Positions 63,763-64,000 of a stretch of DNA of 64,000 nt are shown here, one piece after another; within the stretch, counting starts at the first letter, position 1, and each line of letters opens with the position of its first letter. The translations under genes and the position numbers were made by a program. The notes under the pieces are model-generated. The model ran no database searches. It was not told the DNA's origin and saw only the letters and a program-made list of their open reading frames with translations. Source of the stretch: Oscillibacter sp. (GTDB taxonomy: Bacteria; Bacillota; Clostridia; Oscillospirales; Oscillospiraceae); assembly GCA_014799845.1 (NCBI GenBank), contig JAAVHF010000050.1, positions 1,935 through 65,934 of the forward strand, written 5' to 3'.

Positions 63763-64000
63763 CTATCCATTATTTGCACGATCGTCCGGATATGTTCCGC
63801 TGAACTCCGACAGCATCCTGACGCTGCGGGCGTATTCGCTGGGGGACATGCCGGCAGCCTGCCGGAAGCGGCGGGAAAAATAGTGGAGGGACTGAAAGCC
63901 CAATTGCGCGGCAATCTGGGTGAAGTTCAGACGGCCCTCCCGGATCATCCGCTGGGCGGCCTGGATCTTCAATCCGGCAAAATATTCCATGACCCCTCCG
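63763..64000 (-). CDS. AraC-family transcriptional regulator, C-terminal HTH part only (the gene continues beyond the window)
   Basis: LKIQAAQRMIREGRLNFTQIAAQLGFQSLHYFSRRFRQAAGMSPSEY is the second HTH of the AraC DNA-binding domain. The frame is open to the window edge. Confidence 0.75.
   Translation of the reverse strand, partial: GGVMEYFAGLKIQAAQRMIREGRLNFTQIAAQLGFQSLHYFSRRFRQAAGMSPSEYARSVRMLSEFSGTYPDDRANNG

Overview
This 64-kb chromosomal window looks like a high-G+C Gram-positive anaerobe. The evidence is Clostridia-style lipoprotein lipoboxes, several CUT1-type sugar ABC loci, GGAGG-type RBSs and many ATGA-coupled genes. The taxon is inference only.

Layout:
1. 2-19185 (+): a tightly packed island of about 17 genes built on CDP-glucose / CDP-4-keto-6-deoxyglucose (rfbF, rfbG). 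It carries an unusual tailoring set: a radical SAM/SPASM enzyme, two XAT-type acyltransferases with extra domains, GT2 fusions, a Glf-like mutase, a split transketolase, two FkbM methyltransferases, an SDR, a DegT aminotransferase, a formyltransferase-like enzyme and an acetolactate-synthase-like ThDP enzyme. No lipid-carrier or export genes are in view, and there are visible recombination scars at 12.9-13.3 kb.
2. 19283-30044: a fructan/sucrose locus with a divergent extracellular GH32, fructokinase, a canonical GH32, an ABC importer without an ATPase, and a LacI regulator.
3. 30056-32122: three uncharacterised envelope proteins downstream of that LacI gene.
4. 32536-41739 (-): a LacI-controlled ABC importer co-transcribed with four cytoplasmic phosphoesterase domains. 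These are an IMPase-family protein, a 2H/LigT fusion to a metallophosphatase-5'-nucleotidase, and a Cof-type HAD.
5. 41750-43860: about 2 kb of non-coding DNA and decayed mobile elements (IS110, integrase, IS630 and IS200 fragments, plus a 171-bp long-hairpin element).
6. 43864-50749: a GH112 galacto-N-biose/lacto-N-biose phosphorylase with an ABC importer and an AraC regulator.
7. 50953-58266: housekeeping and miscellaneous genes (NUDIX, LURP-one-like, rarA, S1-domain protein, DUF951, birA, Ntn-hydrolase, split chrA).
8. 58402-61578: an orphan soluble hybrid histidine kinase.
9. 61635-64000 (-): an AraC regulator, a sugar-1-P nucleotidylyltransferase and a NahK-like anomeric kinase.

I saw no rRNA, tRNA or CRISPR array. 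Many very long antisense ORFs in the track are GC-driven shadows of real genes.

The two most interesting candidates are the CDP-sugar island and the importer-plus-phosphoesterase operon. All functional calls come from motif recognition by eye; no searches were run.
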